Source of the DNA: an uncultured Flavobacteriales bacterium
Lineage (GTDB): Bacteria > Bacteroidota > Bacteroidia > Flavobacteriales_E > Vicingaceae
Assembly (NCBI GenBank): GCA_964445815.1
Contig: CAYULW010000002.1
Span: 27,941 to 91,940 of the forward strand
Reading direction: 5' to 3'
Length of the DNA: 64,000 nt
Below, piece by piece: positions 1 to 10,791 of this stretch. Each line of letters begins with the position of its first letter. Position 1 is the first letter of the stretch. The notes under the pieces were generated by a model. The model was not told the DNA's origin, did not search any database, and saw only the letters and a program-made list of their open reading frames with translations. Both the position numbers and the translations under genes were made by a program.

Positions 1-1010
1 TCCTTGTATGGATTGTCTTCCATTTGGTCGATGGCTGTGTAGAGTTCTGCCAAAGCTTTTACAGATTGATGCGGCGTTTTAAAATCAAAAGCGGCAATAA
101 TAGCATCCACTTTTTCGCCGATGACTGCACCACCTTTCACCCGTTTCCAAGACATGTCTATGTCATGAAAGAGATCTTTCTTTGCCTTGCTTCCTGCTGT
201 GTGTTTCAAATATTCCAGTTGGCTTCCTCTTGTTTTGGCTGAACCAAAACCCTGACTCCGATGCTGTGAACGACTTTCGGCAGCAATTTCAGAGTAGGAG
301 AGACCCAATATGGGATTGTATTCACCATAATCAATGACAATAAAATCATCGCTTAATTCAGCTTGTTCAGGAATGCTTTTGTCCCACCATACCGAAGTGT
401 TCCACAAAATGCGTTTAGACTGCCAGGGTTTAACCAATTTTAAGTGTTCAGGGTATTGCTTGGCATCCGCGGCCAATTCAAATGCAATCTCAGCCAACAT
501 GGCTGAGGCTGTATGGTGGCCATGACCTGCTCTTTTGTCCGGAGGAAAACGGGTAATAATAATATCAGGTTGAAATTCTCGAATGCGATACACCACATCA
601 CCCAGAACATGGTATTTGTTCCATTTTTCAAGTGTTTCAGCGGCGGTTTTAGAATAACCAAAATCAACGGCGCTACTAAAAAACTGTTCTGCACCATCAA
701 TTTTTCTTGCCTCGATTAACTCCTGTGTTCTCAATACTCCCATGGCATCTCCTTTCTCAGTTCCGATCAGGTTTTGTCCCCCATCTCCTCGGGTGAGAGA
801 AAGATAAGCCGTCCGCACTAATTTTTCATTTTCCAACCAAGCGATCAAGCGGGTATTTTCATCATCCGGATGGGCTGCGACATACAGCACATTGGCACAC
901 ACATTCAGTTTCTTGATTTCCTGATAGATGTCTGAAGAGCTGACAACGGGACGTTGGGCAAAAGCAGAAAAATAGAGTAAACAAAGACACAAGGAGAGTA
1001 GACGATTCAT
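1..1010 (-). CDS. PIG-L/LmbE family deacetylase, secreted (C-terminus cut by window edge)
   Basis: Absent from the ORF track because it runs off the window. My translation from ATG (1010-1008) gives MNRLLSLCLCLLYFSAFAQ (signal peptide) ...VLYVAAHPDDENTRLIAWLENEKLVRTAYLSLTRGDGGQN... EFQPDIIITRFPPDKRAGHGHH... with no stop through to position 1. AHPDDE and HGHH are hallmark PIG-L/LmbE motifs. Confidence 0.8.
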   Translation of the reverse strand, partial: MNRLLSLCLCLLYFSAFAQRPVVSSSDIYQEIKKLNVCANVLYVAAHPDDENTRLIAWLENEKLVRTAYLSLTRGDGGQNLIGTEKGDAMGVLRTQELIEARKIDGAEQFFSSAVDFGYSKTAAETLEKWNKYHVLGDVVYRIREFQPDIIITRFPPDKRAGHGHHTASAMLAEIAFELAADAKQYPEHLKLVKPWQSKRILWNTSVWWDKSIPEQAELSDDFIVIDYGEYNPILGLSYSEIAAESRSQHRSQGFGSAKTRGSQLEYLKHTAGSKAKKDLFHDIDMSWKRVKGGAVIGEKVDAIIAAFDFKTPHQSVKALAELYTAIDQMEDNPYK

Positions 1011-1074
1011 GGTAATTGTATTTGGAGCATAAAAATACTGCTTTGAAGGCAGGCATCTTTTGCAAAAGCGTAAT

Positions 1075-1641
1075 TTAAAACAAATTAACATCTGACCTTA
1101 ACAAACCCATATATACACTATCTATGAACCTGCCATCGTAGTAATAATTTTCTCTCAGGTGACCTTCATGCTGAAAACCGACTTTTTCCAGCAGCTTAAT
1201 AGAGGGAATATTGTCCGGATCAACATCTGCAGAAATGCTGTTGATATTCATGCTTTTAAAGGCGTATTTACAAATGTGTAAAATGCAATCAGACATCATG
1301 CCTTTGCCCCGGAAATCTGAAGAAAGACCAAAGCCAATTTCTGCTCTGAAGTGGTCTTTGAAAAAGCGCCACAATCCAATATAACCGATTAATTGTGTCG
1401 AATCCATCGGACTAATTTTCCAACTCAGATTGGTTTGTTCCTTAAATCCTTGAATATTCGATTGTACCATTTCTTCAGCTTGACTCATTGAATGATAGGG
1501 ATCCATGCCTAAGTATTTCATAAAATCTTTATCTGATCTCAAAGCATATAAAGCTTCAGCGTCTTCTTCCTGAAAGGGTAGAAGTTGCACCATGTTGGTT
1601 TTTAGTATGGGAAAACTGTTTGGGAAAAAAAAAGGCTGCAT
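1075..1641 (-). CDS. GNAT family N-acetyltransferase (RimJ/RimL-like)
   Basis: Track ORF 1075..1680. GNAT core: IGYIGLWRF...FRAEIGFGLSSDFRGKGMMSDCILHICKYAF. The start is probably an internal Met (1641 or 1593) to avoid overlapping the upstream gene. Confidence 0.7.
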   Translation of the reverse strand: MQPFFFPNSFPILKTNMVQLLPFQEEDAEALYALRSDKDFMKYLGMDPYHSMSQAEEMVQSNIQGFKEQTNLSWKISPMDSTQLIGYIGLWRFFKDHFRAEIGFGLSSDFRGKGMMSDCILHICKYAFKSMNINSISADVDPDNIPSIKLLEKVGFQHEGHLRENYYYDGRFIDSVYMGLLRSDVNLF

Positions 1642-1642
1642 T

Positions 1643-3616
1643 TTATATGGGGTATTGACTGCGGTTAATACTGGGATCAATTTGCAGGGCCTTGTCCATC
1701 CATAATTTAGCTTTTTCCTCCTGACCTAAGTTGTAATAACTTATAGCTAGGTCAATATAGTTTATGGCTAAATTGGGTTGAAGTTCTATGGCTTTATGCA
1801 AAACGGGAATGCTTTTATCAAACTGCCGGCTCAGGCCATAAACGATGCCTAAGTTTCTGTTCACCTCATAGTTGTTTGGGGCCAATTGTTGGGCTGTTTG
1901 AATAAGTTGTATGGCTTTGTTTAAGTCATTTTTATATTGACCATAGGCTCGACCAAGGTTAAGATAGGCCTGCATTTGATTGGGATTAATCTTGAGCAGA
2001 CTTTCATAAGCTCTGATCCTGTAATCAATGTCTTTTTCCTGCTCTAGGATAATGTAGCAATTGTTCCAGGTATTTTGATGGTAAGGATTAATACTTAAAA
2101 TTTTAAAGTAGTAAGGCATCGCATTTTGGGCGGATTTGTAGCGTTCCCATTGCGCATTGCCCATTAAAATCAAGGCATCAACGTATTCAGGATAAATGTT
2201 GATGGCTCTGTTCAAATGCATGATGCTTTTATCTATTATGGCCAAACGTTCTGCTTCGGTTTTGGCTTCTTTGGATTTCTCTTCCAATAATACACCTCCT
2301 GCCATGACCTGGCTTTTTGCACCATTTACAGAAATCTCAGCATCGTGGGTAGATAGGGTGTAATTGTTTTTCCATACAGCATTTCTCGTCACGGTTTTGA
2401 ATCCGTATGCCAGAAATAGTGTACCAAGAAGCAGTAATTGTAAGCTTTTATTCTTAGTAAATAAAGGTAGATACCGTGTAAAAAACAGAGCGGCAAACAA
2501 ACAAAATCCTAATGAAGAAACGTAGATGAAGCGTTCGTTCATGAACGCACCTATGGGGAAAATCAGGTTAGAAGCGATGCTCAATGTGACACCGTAAATA
2601 AGAATAGAAAAACCTAAGATGGTTCGATTTTTTATTCCCTTTATTGATAAGTAAATCAGATAAATATGAGTTATTATCGAAAGTATAACATAGGTGTTTG
2701 TCCAATTGACAATGGGAATGTGTTTCGGGTAGTAATCATAGGTTAAAGGATGGGGAAAAAAGAGCAATTGAAGATACTTTCCAAGAGTCAAAACAATGGT
2801 GGCATATTTTTCAGAAAGACTGGATTCGAGAAAAGGATCGTTCATCAGGCTATCGGCCACATCAGAGATGCCTCCACCTACTACTTTATAGCGAATTGCA
2901 AACCACACTGCCGAGGATAGCATGAGGACACCAATGACAGTGGGTATACTTTTTAGATGCTCTTTCTTGAAGAAATAGATGGTCAGTGGAAAAAGAGCCA
3001 GCCAGGTAATGGCATTTTCTTTAGAAAGTAGAGCACACAAAAAGGCAATAAAAATGCCAAGCAAATAGAGTGGCTGCTTGAAGTCCAGATACTTTAAAAT
3101 CAACCATAAAACCAATAGCTCTCCTGAAAAGGCCATGAGTTCATCTAAACCCTTGATATTCGCTACAACTTCTGTATGAATGGGATGAAAGAACCATAAT
3201 AAGCTCACAAGAAAAGGAAAGCTTAACCAAGGCAGTAATTTATTTTGTTGTGGCAATAATTGCCTTAGTACGATAAAAAGTAAAAAGCCGTTGAGTATAT
3301 AAAACAAGACATTGGTTAAATGTCCGATGAAAGGATTGGCACCAAACAATGCATATTGAATACTAAAAACAACCATAGATAGAGGACGATATCTACCACC
3401 GGAGACCAGTTCCTTTTTAACACCGTAAAATCCAACGAACTGATCGTGGGTCATTTGCTTCCATATGCCACTCCAGCCTTCTTTGGTAAAGTTATTCTCG
3501 GTAATGACCAAAGCATCATCTAAGGTGTAGTCATGTCCTAATGTGTTGCCATAGAGTAGAAATCCAAGAACAAGAAATAAACCTAAAGTCTGATATGTAG
3601 AAAGCGATTTGATCAT
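1643..3616 (-). CDS. TMTC/PMT-like polytopic membrane protein with C-terminal TPR repeats (DUF2723-like glycosyltransferase fold)
   Basis: 657 aa. About 10 predicted TM helices in the N-terminal 430 aa, then multiple TPR motifs (AYLNLGRAYGQYKNDLNKAIQ..., NLGIVYGLSRQFDKSIPVLHKAIELQP...). Confidence 0.6.
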   Translation of the reverse strand: MIKSLSTYQTLGLFLVLGFLLYGNTLGHDYTLDDALVITENNFTKEGWSGIWKQMTHDQFVGFYGVKKELVSGGRYRPLSMVVFSIQYALFGANPFIGHLTNVLFYILNGFLLFIVLRQLLPQQNKLLPWLSFPFLVSLLWFFHPIHTEVVANIKGLDELMAFSGELLVLWLILKYLDFKQPLYLLGIFIAFLCALLSKENAITWLALFPLTIYFFKKEHLKSIPTVIGVLMLSSAVWFAIRYKVVGGGISDVADSLMNDPFLESSLSEKYATIVLTLGKYLQLLFFPHPLTYDYYPKHIPIVNWTNTYVILSIITHIYLIYLSIKGIKNRTILGFSILIYGVTLSIASNLIFPIGAFMNERFIYVSSLGFCLFAALFFTRYLPLFTKNKSLQLLLLGTLFLAYGFKTVTRNAVWKNNYTLSTHDAEISVNGAKSQVMAGGVLLEEKSKEAKTEAERLAIIDKSIMHLNRAINIYPEYVDALILMGNAQWERYKSAQNAMPYYFKILSINPYHQNTWNNCYIILEQEKDIDYRIRAYESLLKINPNQMQAYLNLGRAYGQYKNDLNKAIQLIQTAQQLAPNNYEVNRNLGIVYGLSRQFDKSIPVLHKAIELQPNLAINYIDLAISYYNLGQEEKAKLWMDKALQIDPSINRSQYPI

Positions 3617-4605
3617 TACAACTGAAAACCGTTCTGAGATGGCATTGGTTCGGGGATGTTGCTGTCATTGATCATTTCTCTAAGATCAATCTCAATTCCC
3701 CGAGCAATAGTAGTAATGGGAACATCGTTGTAGGTGCCTTCAAATGGATTTTCCGAGTAGTCTCCGATCTTTTCCATCAAAAAGAAAATCCAGATCAATA
3801 AACCGGAAACAAATGGAGCCGACCAGAACAAGATCGGATGACTGTCTTTGTCAAAGATGTCTAAAAGTCCGAAAGGCATCAAAGCACAAAAGACCATTGT
3901 CAACCACAATGCAGTTGAAGCGTATTGCCTTGGAAAAGGAAAGTTTTTAATGCGCTCGGACTTGCCCTGATGCGTATACAGGTTGGAGATCAGATGATGG
4001 AATTCCATGTGACGGAAATCCTCAAAATAGTTAGTGTCTCTCAGTTCTTGAAGTCGTATGGACTGTTTCGCTAGAATTTGGGTGGCTGTATTGGACTTAC
4101 TGCTTAAGGTTTTTATTTCTTCTTCACTGATCAGTTGACTGAGTTCACCGTCTAGCTTATTGTGATAATCTTCACAAATGGTATTAATAAAACGCCCCTT
4201 GATGCGTTCATCCGTATGTTCCCATTCTCGAGCTAGTCTCAATTGATGTCTGAGTGCAGTTAACCAGGCAATGTGACGATAGATCAATTCTTTCTTCACT
4301 TCATCCGCCTTTTCTCCTTGTACAAATGCGACCGTAGCAGCAGCGAAACTTCTGCTGTCATTAACAATAGCTCCCCATATCTTTCTTGCCTCCCAGGTTC
4401 TGTCGTAGGAGCTGTTATTTTTAAAACCCAGATAAAAAGCAACTGCGATACCGACAACACTTACCGGCTGCCAGGGGAGCATGAGATTCAGGTCTAAGAA
4501 ATAGATAATGGCATAAATAACTCCGGAATATAGAACCCCTAAAATAAAAGGCTTCTTAGACCAGTTAAAGGTCATCCAGAAGCCATAGTTTCGTTTTATA
4601 TACAT
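3616..4605 (-). CDS. bestrophin-like (UPF0187/YneE family) membrane channel protein
   Basis: 329 aa. Two TM pairs. The RTWEARKIWGAIVNDSRSF segment resembles the bestrophin/UPF0187 signature. Assigned from memory of the family. Confidence 0.45.
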   Translation of the reverse strand: MYIKRNYGFWMTFNWSKKPFILGVLYSGVIYAIIYFLDLNLMLPWQPVSVVGIAVAFYLGFKNNSSYDRTWEARKIWGAIVNDSRSFAAATVAFVQGEKADEVKKELIYRHIAWLTALRHQLRLAREWEHTDERIKGRFINTICEDYHNKLDGELSQLISEEEIKTLSSKSNTATQILAKQSIRLQELRDTNYFEDFRHMEFHHLISNLYTHQGKSERIKNFPFPRQYASTALWLTMVFCALMPFGLLDIFDKDSHPILFWSAPFVSGLLIWIFFLMEKIGDYSENPFEGTYNDVPITTIARGIEIDLREMINDSNIPEPMPSQNGFQL

Positions 4606-4715
4606 GCTCTAAAATTATGGAGAACTTGCAGATAAACAGTAGAGTGCAGAGCTAAAGTTCTATATCTTACTTTAACACTGCACTTGGACTTGAGTTTTTA
4701 AAAGATTCAAACAGG

Positions 4716-5231
4716 TTATTCTTTAATTTTTCCCACTAAAAAGGAAACCCTTGTATCTGCCCATTCCAGATGGACCATTCCATCACTTATGGAATAGGTC
4801 AGTTCTTCTTTATTTTCAATTTGAACAGGTTTTACTTTCAGAACCAAGACATTTTTTTCAGGATCCATATTGTAAGCACCCCATTGCTTGGCTTCGGAAT
4901 TAAAAATGAGCTCCCAATCATCATCATTTACAGGTCTCACAAAAAAAGCATATTTGCCTGCCTCAAGTTTTTGACCATTAAGGTTTACATCCTGAGAAAA
5001 TTCCATAGTAGTGGCTTCATTGGCACCTGCTCTCCATACTTTTCCCCATTCTTCCAGTCCACCAAAAATGGTTCTGCCTCTAACCGAAGGGGAGTGGTAA
5101 TTAATGACAATAGTGGTTTCACCTACTTTGCCTTCTGTAGTTTTAGGCGGACTTTTCTTTTTTTCTTGTGCTTGTAGAGATAGTCCGCTAATCAAGAGCA
5201 GACCAATAAAAAAGGGGACTAATTTTTTCAT
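4716..5231 (-). CDS. DUF2911 family secreted protein
   Basis: 171 aa with signal peptide. Motif INYHSPSVRGRTIFGGLEEWGKVWRAGANEATTMEF is typical of DUF2911. Confidence 0.6.
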   Translation of the reverse strand: MKKLVPFFIGLLLISGLSLQAQEKKKSPPKTTEGKVGETTIVINYHSPSVRGRTIFGGLEEWGKVWRAGANEATTMEFSQDVNLNGQKLEAGKYAFFVRPVNDDDWELIFNSEAKQWGAYNMDPEKNVLVLKVKPVQIENKEELTYSISDGMVHLEWADTRVSFLVGKIKE

Positions 5232-5289
5232 GATTTATATTTTTTTCGAATTTAATTGAATATTTCCAAAATCGGTCAATAGTTCATTA

Positions 5290-6390
5290 CTATTTACCCA
5301 ATTCGTCTAAAAATTTGGCATGTCCGGCCAATGCTTCTCTAAAGCTTGGAGTATTGTGATACGGTAAGTTAAACTCTGCTGCTGTTTGCTTTACAATCTT
5401 CGCGATTGCTTTATAGTGAATATGGCAAATATTGGGGAATAAATGGTGTTCGATCTGAAAATTTAATCCTCCTACAAACCAGGATAACAAACGGTTATTA
5501 TTTGCAAAATTGGCAGTTGTCAGCATCTGATGTGTCGCAGCATCATTTTCCAATTCCTTGTCATCGTTTAAAGTAGGATAAGAAGTAGAAGGAATAACAT
5601 GAGCACATTGAAAGATGACCCCTAATATTAAACCGGCTAAAAAATGCATGAAAAACCAACCTGATACAATATAATACCAAGGGAGTTCAATAAGATAAAG
5701 CGGTAAGAAAAGAAAGACTGTAAAATAGATGATCTTACGAAAAATCAAAGCAGTAAGTTCCTTCCGATAACTTTTACCTTGTGCTTTCAATAATCCCATT
5801 CTATTGAACCTGGGCAGTTGACCAAAATCTTTAAAAGTAACCCAGATAAAGGTCATCAATCCGTAAAAAAACCAGGCATAATAAGCTTGGTATCTGAAGA
5901 ATGGTTTCAGAGGTTGATTGGGAGAAAACCGCATTACTCCAGATGGGCTGATGTCTTCATCGTATCCGTCTATGTTGGTATAGGAATGGTGTAAGACATT
6001 GTGTTGTATTTTCCAGTTAATGGTGGAACCAGCAACAAAGTTCAGGGTAGCTTGCCCTATAAAGTTATTGACCTTCTTACTCTTGGATAAAGATCCGTGA
6101 CAGGCATCATGCATTACTCCAAGCCCCATTCCTGCAATACCAATTCCCATTAGTAACCAAAGGCCATAAAAAATGAAAAGATTAAATGAAGTCCCGTAGA
6201 GGAGCAAAATAATAAACGGAGCGAGATAGAGAAGTGGCATTGCAAAGACCTTGATCCATATTCGATAGTCACCTGTTTTCGATTTATTGTTGGTTTTAAA
6301 GTAATCATTTACGCGTTTTCTCACAGTAGATCCAAATCCACTTTTTGGATTGCTCGCAAATTTTGGTGCTTGAAAGGATGTCTTTTCCAT
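5290..6390 (-). CDS. membrane fatty-acid desaturase family protein
   Basis: Three histidine boxes HDACHGS, HNVLHHSYTN and QIEHHLFP, with 4+ TM helices. Confidence 0.8.
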   Translation of the reverse strand: MEKTSFQAPKFASNPKSGFGSTVRKRVNDYFKTNNKSKTGDYRIWIKVFAMPLLYLAPFIILLLYGTSFNLFIFYGLWLLMGIGIAGMGLGVMHDACHGSLSKSKKVNNFIGQATLNFVAGSTINWKIQHNVLHHSYTNIDGYDEDISPSGVMRFSPNQPLKPFFRYQAYYAWFFYGLMTFIWVTFKDFGQLPRFNRMGLLKAQGKSYRKELTALIFRKIIYFTVFLFLPLYLIELPWYYIVSGWFFMHFLAGLILGVIFQCAHVIPSTSYPTLNDDKELENDAATHQMLTTANFANNNRLLSWFVGGLNFQIEHHLFPNICHIHYKAIAKIVKQTAAEFNLPYHNTPSFREALAGHAKFLDELGK

Positions 6391-6554
6391 GGAACTAGTT
6401 CACAATGTTAGATAAACGTTTGCTTAAAATAGTTCTTTTTGGTAGGCAGAGGATATGTTGTTTCCGTCGATAAGGACGGCCAGATTAAGATTTGTTGTCA
6501 TGTTCAATTGGAATAAAAAACGGCCATCATAAATGATGACCGTCTTACTAATTC

Positions 6555-6746
6555 CTAAACTTGTTTAACATCTATTGCATTCAGGCCTTTCTGACCTTGC
6601 TTAGTTTCAAATGTGACATGATCCATTTCATTAATTTGATCAACTAATCCTGATCTGTGAACAAATATGTCTTCTTTAGACTCTTCATCTGTAATAAAAC
6701 CGAATCCTTTTTCAGTATTATAAAATTTTACTATTCCTTTTTTCAT
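6555..6746 (-). CDS. cold-shock protein (CspA family)
   Basis: 63 aa. MKKGIVKFYNTEKGFGFITDE...IFVHRSGL. RNP1/RNP2 motifs KGFGFI and VFVH-like are present. Confidence 0.9.
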   Translation of the reverse strand: MKKGIVKFYNTEKGFGFITDEESKEDIFVHRSGLVDQINEMDHVTFETKQGQKGLNAIDVKQV

Positions 6747-6979
6747 TTTTGATTATTTTGAGTGTTTAATTTGTTTTTGTCTTTTTGAGCCTCTTCTTCT
6801 TTAGAAAGTGTTTTATTCTCAGGAGCGCTAGACCAATCTATTTCGGGTTCCGAACTGGAATTCTCTCGTCTTTGTTCCTTTTTTTCTTTCTTCATCTGTT
6901 TTTTTCTTGTTCTTTCTTTTTCTCTTTGTTTTTTTAGAAATGTATCTTGTGATCTTGCCATAAATTGATTGTAAAGCAC
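6743..6979 (-). CDS. hypothetical Lys/Glu-rich small protein (possibly non-coding csp leader)
   Basis: 78-aa ORF with ATGA overlap with csp. Low-complexity K/E/R composition; no recognisable domain. Confidence 0.25.
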   Translation of the reverse strand: MLYNQFMARSQDTFLKKQREKERTRKKQMKKEKKEQRRENSSSEPEIDWSSAPENKTLSKEEEAQKDKNKLNTQNNQK

Positions 6980-7239
6980 AACTAAGATTCTTCAACTCAT
7001 CTGTGCAGTTGAAAAACAAATTTTACTATATGATGTAACGGATAATACTTATTTGTGCCAATTTAAATAACGACACTAACAAGAAGGCTAATTTGATGTA
7101 TCGATTCTCTTCTGATTTTAGCGAAGAGACTCGGCAAAAGTACTAAAGAATAAATTAGTAGCTTGATTGATCCTGATCAAATGTGAAAGAGATTTCATTC
7201 AATCGATCATTCTAGCTTTTAATTGAAACTTAACACAGT

Positions 7240-8412
7240 TCAAATCTCGTCAAGAAGTGATTTAATAAGCTTCACTCCTTCAGAAATCTCCGTGTTTTTT
7301 ATGTTTAATGGAGGCGCAATGCGAAAAGCATTGGGCGTAGACAAGAACCAGAACAGTAAAAGGCCTTTATCCAAGGCTTGTAAAACCACTTTTTGAACCA
7401 GCTCTTCATTGTCGAGTTCTACAGCCAACATCAAACCGAGTTGACGAGTGGCTTTTATTTTAGGATGCTTTAACTGATCTGCCATCAACTGCGCTTTTGC
7501 ACCAATTTGTTGGAGCAAATTCTGACGTTTTAATTCTTTTAAACCGGCCGCCGCAGCTGCACAAACTACCGGATGCCCCCCAAAGGTGGTAATGTGTCCT
7601 AACATGGGATTTGTACTGAGTTTATCCATTAGCTCTTTTCGCGTAATTAGAGCGCCAATAGGCATGCCTGCTCCCAAAGCTTTACCTGAAGTCAAAAGAT
7701 CAGGAATGATGTCAAAATGTTCGAAAGCCCAAAACTTACCGGTTCGGCCCATGCCACATTGAATTTCATCCAAAGCTAACAATGCCCCGGTTTCATTGCA
7801 TCGTTCTCTTAAGGCTTTCATGTAAGTTTTAGAAGGGATTCGGACGCCTGCATCACCCTGCACGGTTTCTAAGATCACACCTGCTGTTTTATCAGTAATG
7901 AACTTCAGATCTTCAATTTCATTGAGTCGAATGAAGCGAATGTTAGGTAGCAAAGGCCTAAACGGACTCTTCTTCAATTCTTTATGACTAATGCTAAGTG
8001 AACCATGCGTACTGCCGTGATAGCTGCCTTCAAAGGCAATAATCTCTGAACGTCCACTTGCTCTTTTCATGAGCTTTAGGGCGGCCTCATTGGCCTCAGT
8101 ACCACTGTTCACAAAGTAATAGGCGTCCAAACTGTTTGGAAGTATTTCACTCAGTTCCTTAGCCAGTTCGTTTTGTGCTTCTTGCTCAAACTCTCCGTAG
8201 ACCATCACATGTAGGTGTTTGTCAACTTGAGTTTTGATGGCTGTTTTAACGGCTTCGTTTCCATGTCCTAAAGCACTGACGGCTATACCGGATATAAAAT
8301 CCAGATAGGCTTTGCCTGAAGTATCATAAATGTATGCACCTTCAGCATGACTGACTTTTATACCAAAGGGGAAGGGGGTAGTTTGGGCTAAAGCTTTAAA
8401 CCACTCAGACAT
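7240..8412 (-). CDS. class-III PLP aminotransferase (aspartate aminotransferase family; ArgD/GabT-like)
   Basis: 390 aa. SGTEANEAALKLMKRASGRSEIIAFEGSYHGST... LLALDEIQCGMGRTGKFWAFEHF... TSGKALGAGMPIGA (PLP-lysine region). Confidence 0.8.
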   Translation of the reverse strand: MSEWFKALAQTTPFPFGIKVSHAEGAYIYDTSGKAYLDFISGIAVSALGHGNEAVKTAIKTQVDKHLHVMVYGEFEQEAQNELAKELSEILPNSLDAYYFVNSGTEANEAALKLMKRASGRSEIIAFEGSYHGSTHGSLSISHKELKKSPFRPLLPNIRFIRLNEIEDLKFITDKTAGVILETVQGDAGVRIPSKTYMKALRERCNETGALLALDEIQCGMGRTGKFWAFEHFDIIPDLLTSGKALGAGMPIGALITRKELMDKLSTNPMLGHITTFGGHPVVCAAAAAGLKELKRQNLLQQIGAKAQLMADQLKHPKIKATRQLGLMLAVELDNEELVQKVVLQALDKGLLLFWFLSTPNAFRIAPPLNIKNTEISEGVKLIKSLLDEI

Positions 8413-8415
8413 TTG

Positions 8416-9366
8416 CTAACGGTCAAGTAAACGTTTGGCAGCCGCCACAATACTGGAACTCCCTAAGCCATATTTTTCAAATAGTTCCTCCGGTTTTCCG
8501 CTTTCGCCAAATTGGTCATTCACCGCAACCATTTCCATAGGGGTAGGAAGTTTTCGAGCTAGAAGCTGTGCGACACTGTCACCCAATCCTCCATGCATTT
8601 GATGTTCTTCGGCAGTTAATACTTTGCCTGTTTTTGCTGCAGAATTTAAAATGGCTTCTTCGTCCAATGGTTTGATGGTATGAATATTAATGACCTCGAC
8701 ACTTTTACCTTCTTCTTCTAATGCCTCTGCTGCTTTTAGACTTTCCCAAACAGAATGCCCTGTTGCTATAATAGTCAAGTCTGTTCCTTTTTGGAAGGTT
8801 ACCGCTTTGCCAATTTCAAAGCTTTGATCTTCAGGAGTAAATACCGGCCATTTTGGTCTTCCAAATCTCAGGTAAACAGGGCCTTCATGTTCTGCAATGG
8901 CAATCGTTGCGGCTTTGGTTTGGTTATAATCACAGGGGTTAATGACGGTCATTCCCGGTAACATTTTCATCAAACCAATATCTTCTAGGATCTGATGGGT
9001 AGCTCCGTCTTCACCCAAAGTTAAACCGGCATGAGAAGCACATATTTTTACATTTTTACCGCTATAAGCAATCGATTGGCGAATCTGGTCATAGACTCGA
9101 CCTGTTGAGAAATTAGCAAAGGTGCCTGTAAATGGTATCTTCCCTCCAATGGTCATTCCGGCGGCAACACCCATCATGTTGGCTTCCGCTATTCCTGCCT
9201 GAAAGAAACGATCCGGAAATTCATTTTTAAACGCATCCATTTTAAGTGAACCTGTTAAATCAGCGCACATGGCCACTATATTGGGGTTGCGTTTTCCGGC
9301 TTCGAGTAATCCTGCTCCAAATCCTGAGCGTGTATCTTTCTTTTCAGTGAAGGAATATTTTGCCAT
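8416..9366 (-). CDS. transketolase, C-terminal (pyrimidine-binding) subunit
   Basis: 316 aa. [25 protein letters not shown]... [14 protein letters not shown]... typical of split transketolase subunit B. Confidence 0.85.
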   Translation of the reverse strand: MAKYSFTEKKDTRSGFGAGLLEAGKRNPNIVAMCADLTGSLKMDAFKNEFPDRFFQAGIAEANMMGVAAGMTIGGKIPFTGTFANFSTGRVYDQIRQSIAYSGKNVKICASHAGLTLGEDGATHQILEDIGLMKMLPGMTVINPCDYNQTKAATIAIAEHEGPVYLRFGRPKWPVFTPEDQSFEIGKAVTFQKGTDLTIIATGHSVWESLKAAEALEEEGKSVEVINIHTIKPLDEEAILNSAAKTGKVLTAEEHQMHGGLGDSVAQLLARKLPTPMEMVAVNDQFGESGKPEELFEKYGLGSSSIVAAAKRLLDR

Positions 9367-9368
9367 AA

Positions 9369-10751
9369 TTAAAGTTTTACTTGGGTACTTTGACCTGAAA
9401 TAATTTTAAATGCTTCTTCTTTTGTGTAGACACTTAGTTTGGAATTGGCAGGGCGATAGACCACCTTATAATTGCCGGGCTGAAGGGTAATGGATTGTCT
9501 GCTGATATTTTCAGCCAGATTACATACCCATACTAATTCATCACCTTCTTGCATAAAAACAGCTCCATAACCATTGGCACTTATACCTATAGATACGATT
9601 CCGGCTTGAGGAATTTCTACTGTGGTGGTATTGCTTTGAGCAATGTTAACATCATTGACGTAGGTTCTGGGTAAGGTGAGAATCTCCAAATCGTATTTGC
9701 CAACAATATAGCGTTGTTTCATGTCAAAGTCCTGAATCACCATGGTTTCTTCTTCACCTTGTTTTCTCACTATGGCCTTCAGGTCTTTGTATTCGTTAAA
9801 GCCATTCATTTTTAAAACCAGATCACCTTGTGGGGCATCAAGAGCGATCACATTGTGTTTACCTGCTTCTAAGGTAATGCCTTTTTTCTCTACGGGTGGA
9901 ATGCTATGCACTACCAAGTCGTATGAACCAAGCGGATCTATTGGAATGGTATCCGGATTCCCTCTGGAGTCTATGGTGTGGATAAAATTATATCGAACCG
10001 CTTTTGTATGACTGTCATAAAAAGTCATGGCGACATTGGTTTCGGTAGGTTTGTTGAGTATGTCCAATAGGTTAACCTGTGCAGTGGTATTATTCAAAGC
10101 TTGAGAAATCACGATGCCTAAGACATTCTTAAAGGTTTCTTCATTTTTTGCATCGTAAAAATTACCAACACATTTAAAGGCATCCATCACTTGAGGGTCA
10201 AGACCTAAGCCAATGACAAAAGGTTTAAGGATAACACCTCTTTTCTGTAAGGCTAAAGAAACGGCACAAGGGTCCCCGTCACATTCTTCTATGCCATCGG
10301 TAATCAGTATAATAACATTTCGGCAGTTGTCACATGGTGTAAAATCATTCGCTGCCTGTTCTAATGAATAGGCAATAAGTGTTGTGCCTTTAGGACGAAT
10401 GGCGTTGAGTCTGGTTTTAATCTGAGCATGGTTGTTTTTAGAGAAGGGCACTTCGAGCTTGGTGTCTTTACAATTTCTGCCGTCTGAGGTTACAGAATAC
10501 TGATGACCGTAGGCTCTAAGAGCCAGTTCAATATTGTCTACTCCTTTCAAGCTGTCTACGAGTTCTCTTAGAAGTCTGGTTGCCACTTGCATTTTAGAAC
10601 CTCTTTCCCATCTGGCGTACATGCTTTGTGAGCCGTCAAAAACAAATAGAATTCTCGTTTTCTGAGCCTGATTTTGTTGTGAAAAAGCAAAAGAAGAACC
10701 AAGGAACAGGAGTAAGAAGAAGAAGTGTTTAAATTGCTGTTTCATGTTCAT
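9369..10751 (-). CDS. secreted von Willebrand factor A (vWA) domain protein
   Basis: 460 aa. Signal peptide. MIDAS motif [11 protein letters not shown]. ...[12 protein letters not shown]. Long beta-rich C-terminal region. Confidence 0.7.
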   Translation of the reverse strand: MNMKQQFKHFFFLLLFLGSSFAFSQQNQAQKTRILFVFDGSQSMYARWERGSKMQVATRLLRELVDSLKGVDNIELALRAYGHQYSVTSDGRNCKDTKLEVPFSKNNHAQIKTRLNAIRPKGTTLIAYSLEQAANDFTPCDNCRNVIILITDGIEECDGDPCAVSLALQKRGVILKPFVIGLGLDPQVMDAFKCVGNFYDAKNEETFKNVLGIVISQALNNTTAQVNLLDILNKPTETNVAMTFYDSHTKAVRYNFIHTIDSRGNPDTIPIDPLGSYDLVVHSIPPVEKKGITLEAGKHNVIALDAPQGDLVLKMNGFNEYKDLKAIVRKQGEEETMVIQDFDMKQRYIVGKYDLEILTLPRTYVNDVNIAQSNTTTVEIPQAGIVSIGISANGYGAVFMQEGDELVWVCNLAENISRQSITLQPGNYKVVYRPANSKLSVYTKEEAFKIISGQSTQVKL

Positions 10752-10791
10752 TTGTTAAAAGATAAGGCTGCTAAATCAATAACCATACCTT

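Noticed and set aside
334-719. ORFs 334-525(+), 440-700(-), 513-719(+) at the window start
   Set aside because: They are out-of-frame or antisense within the well-supported PIG-L/LmbE deacetylase reading frame (minus strand, 1-1010) that the ORF track missed because it runs off the window.
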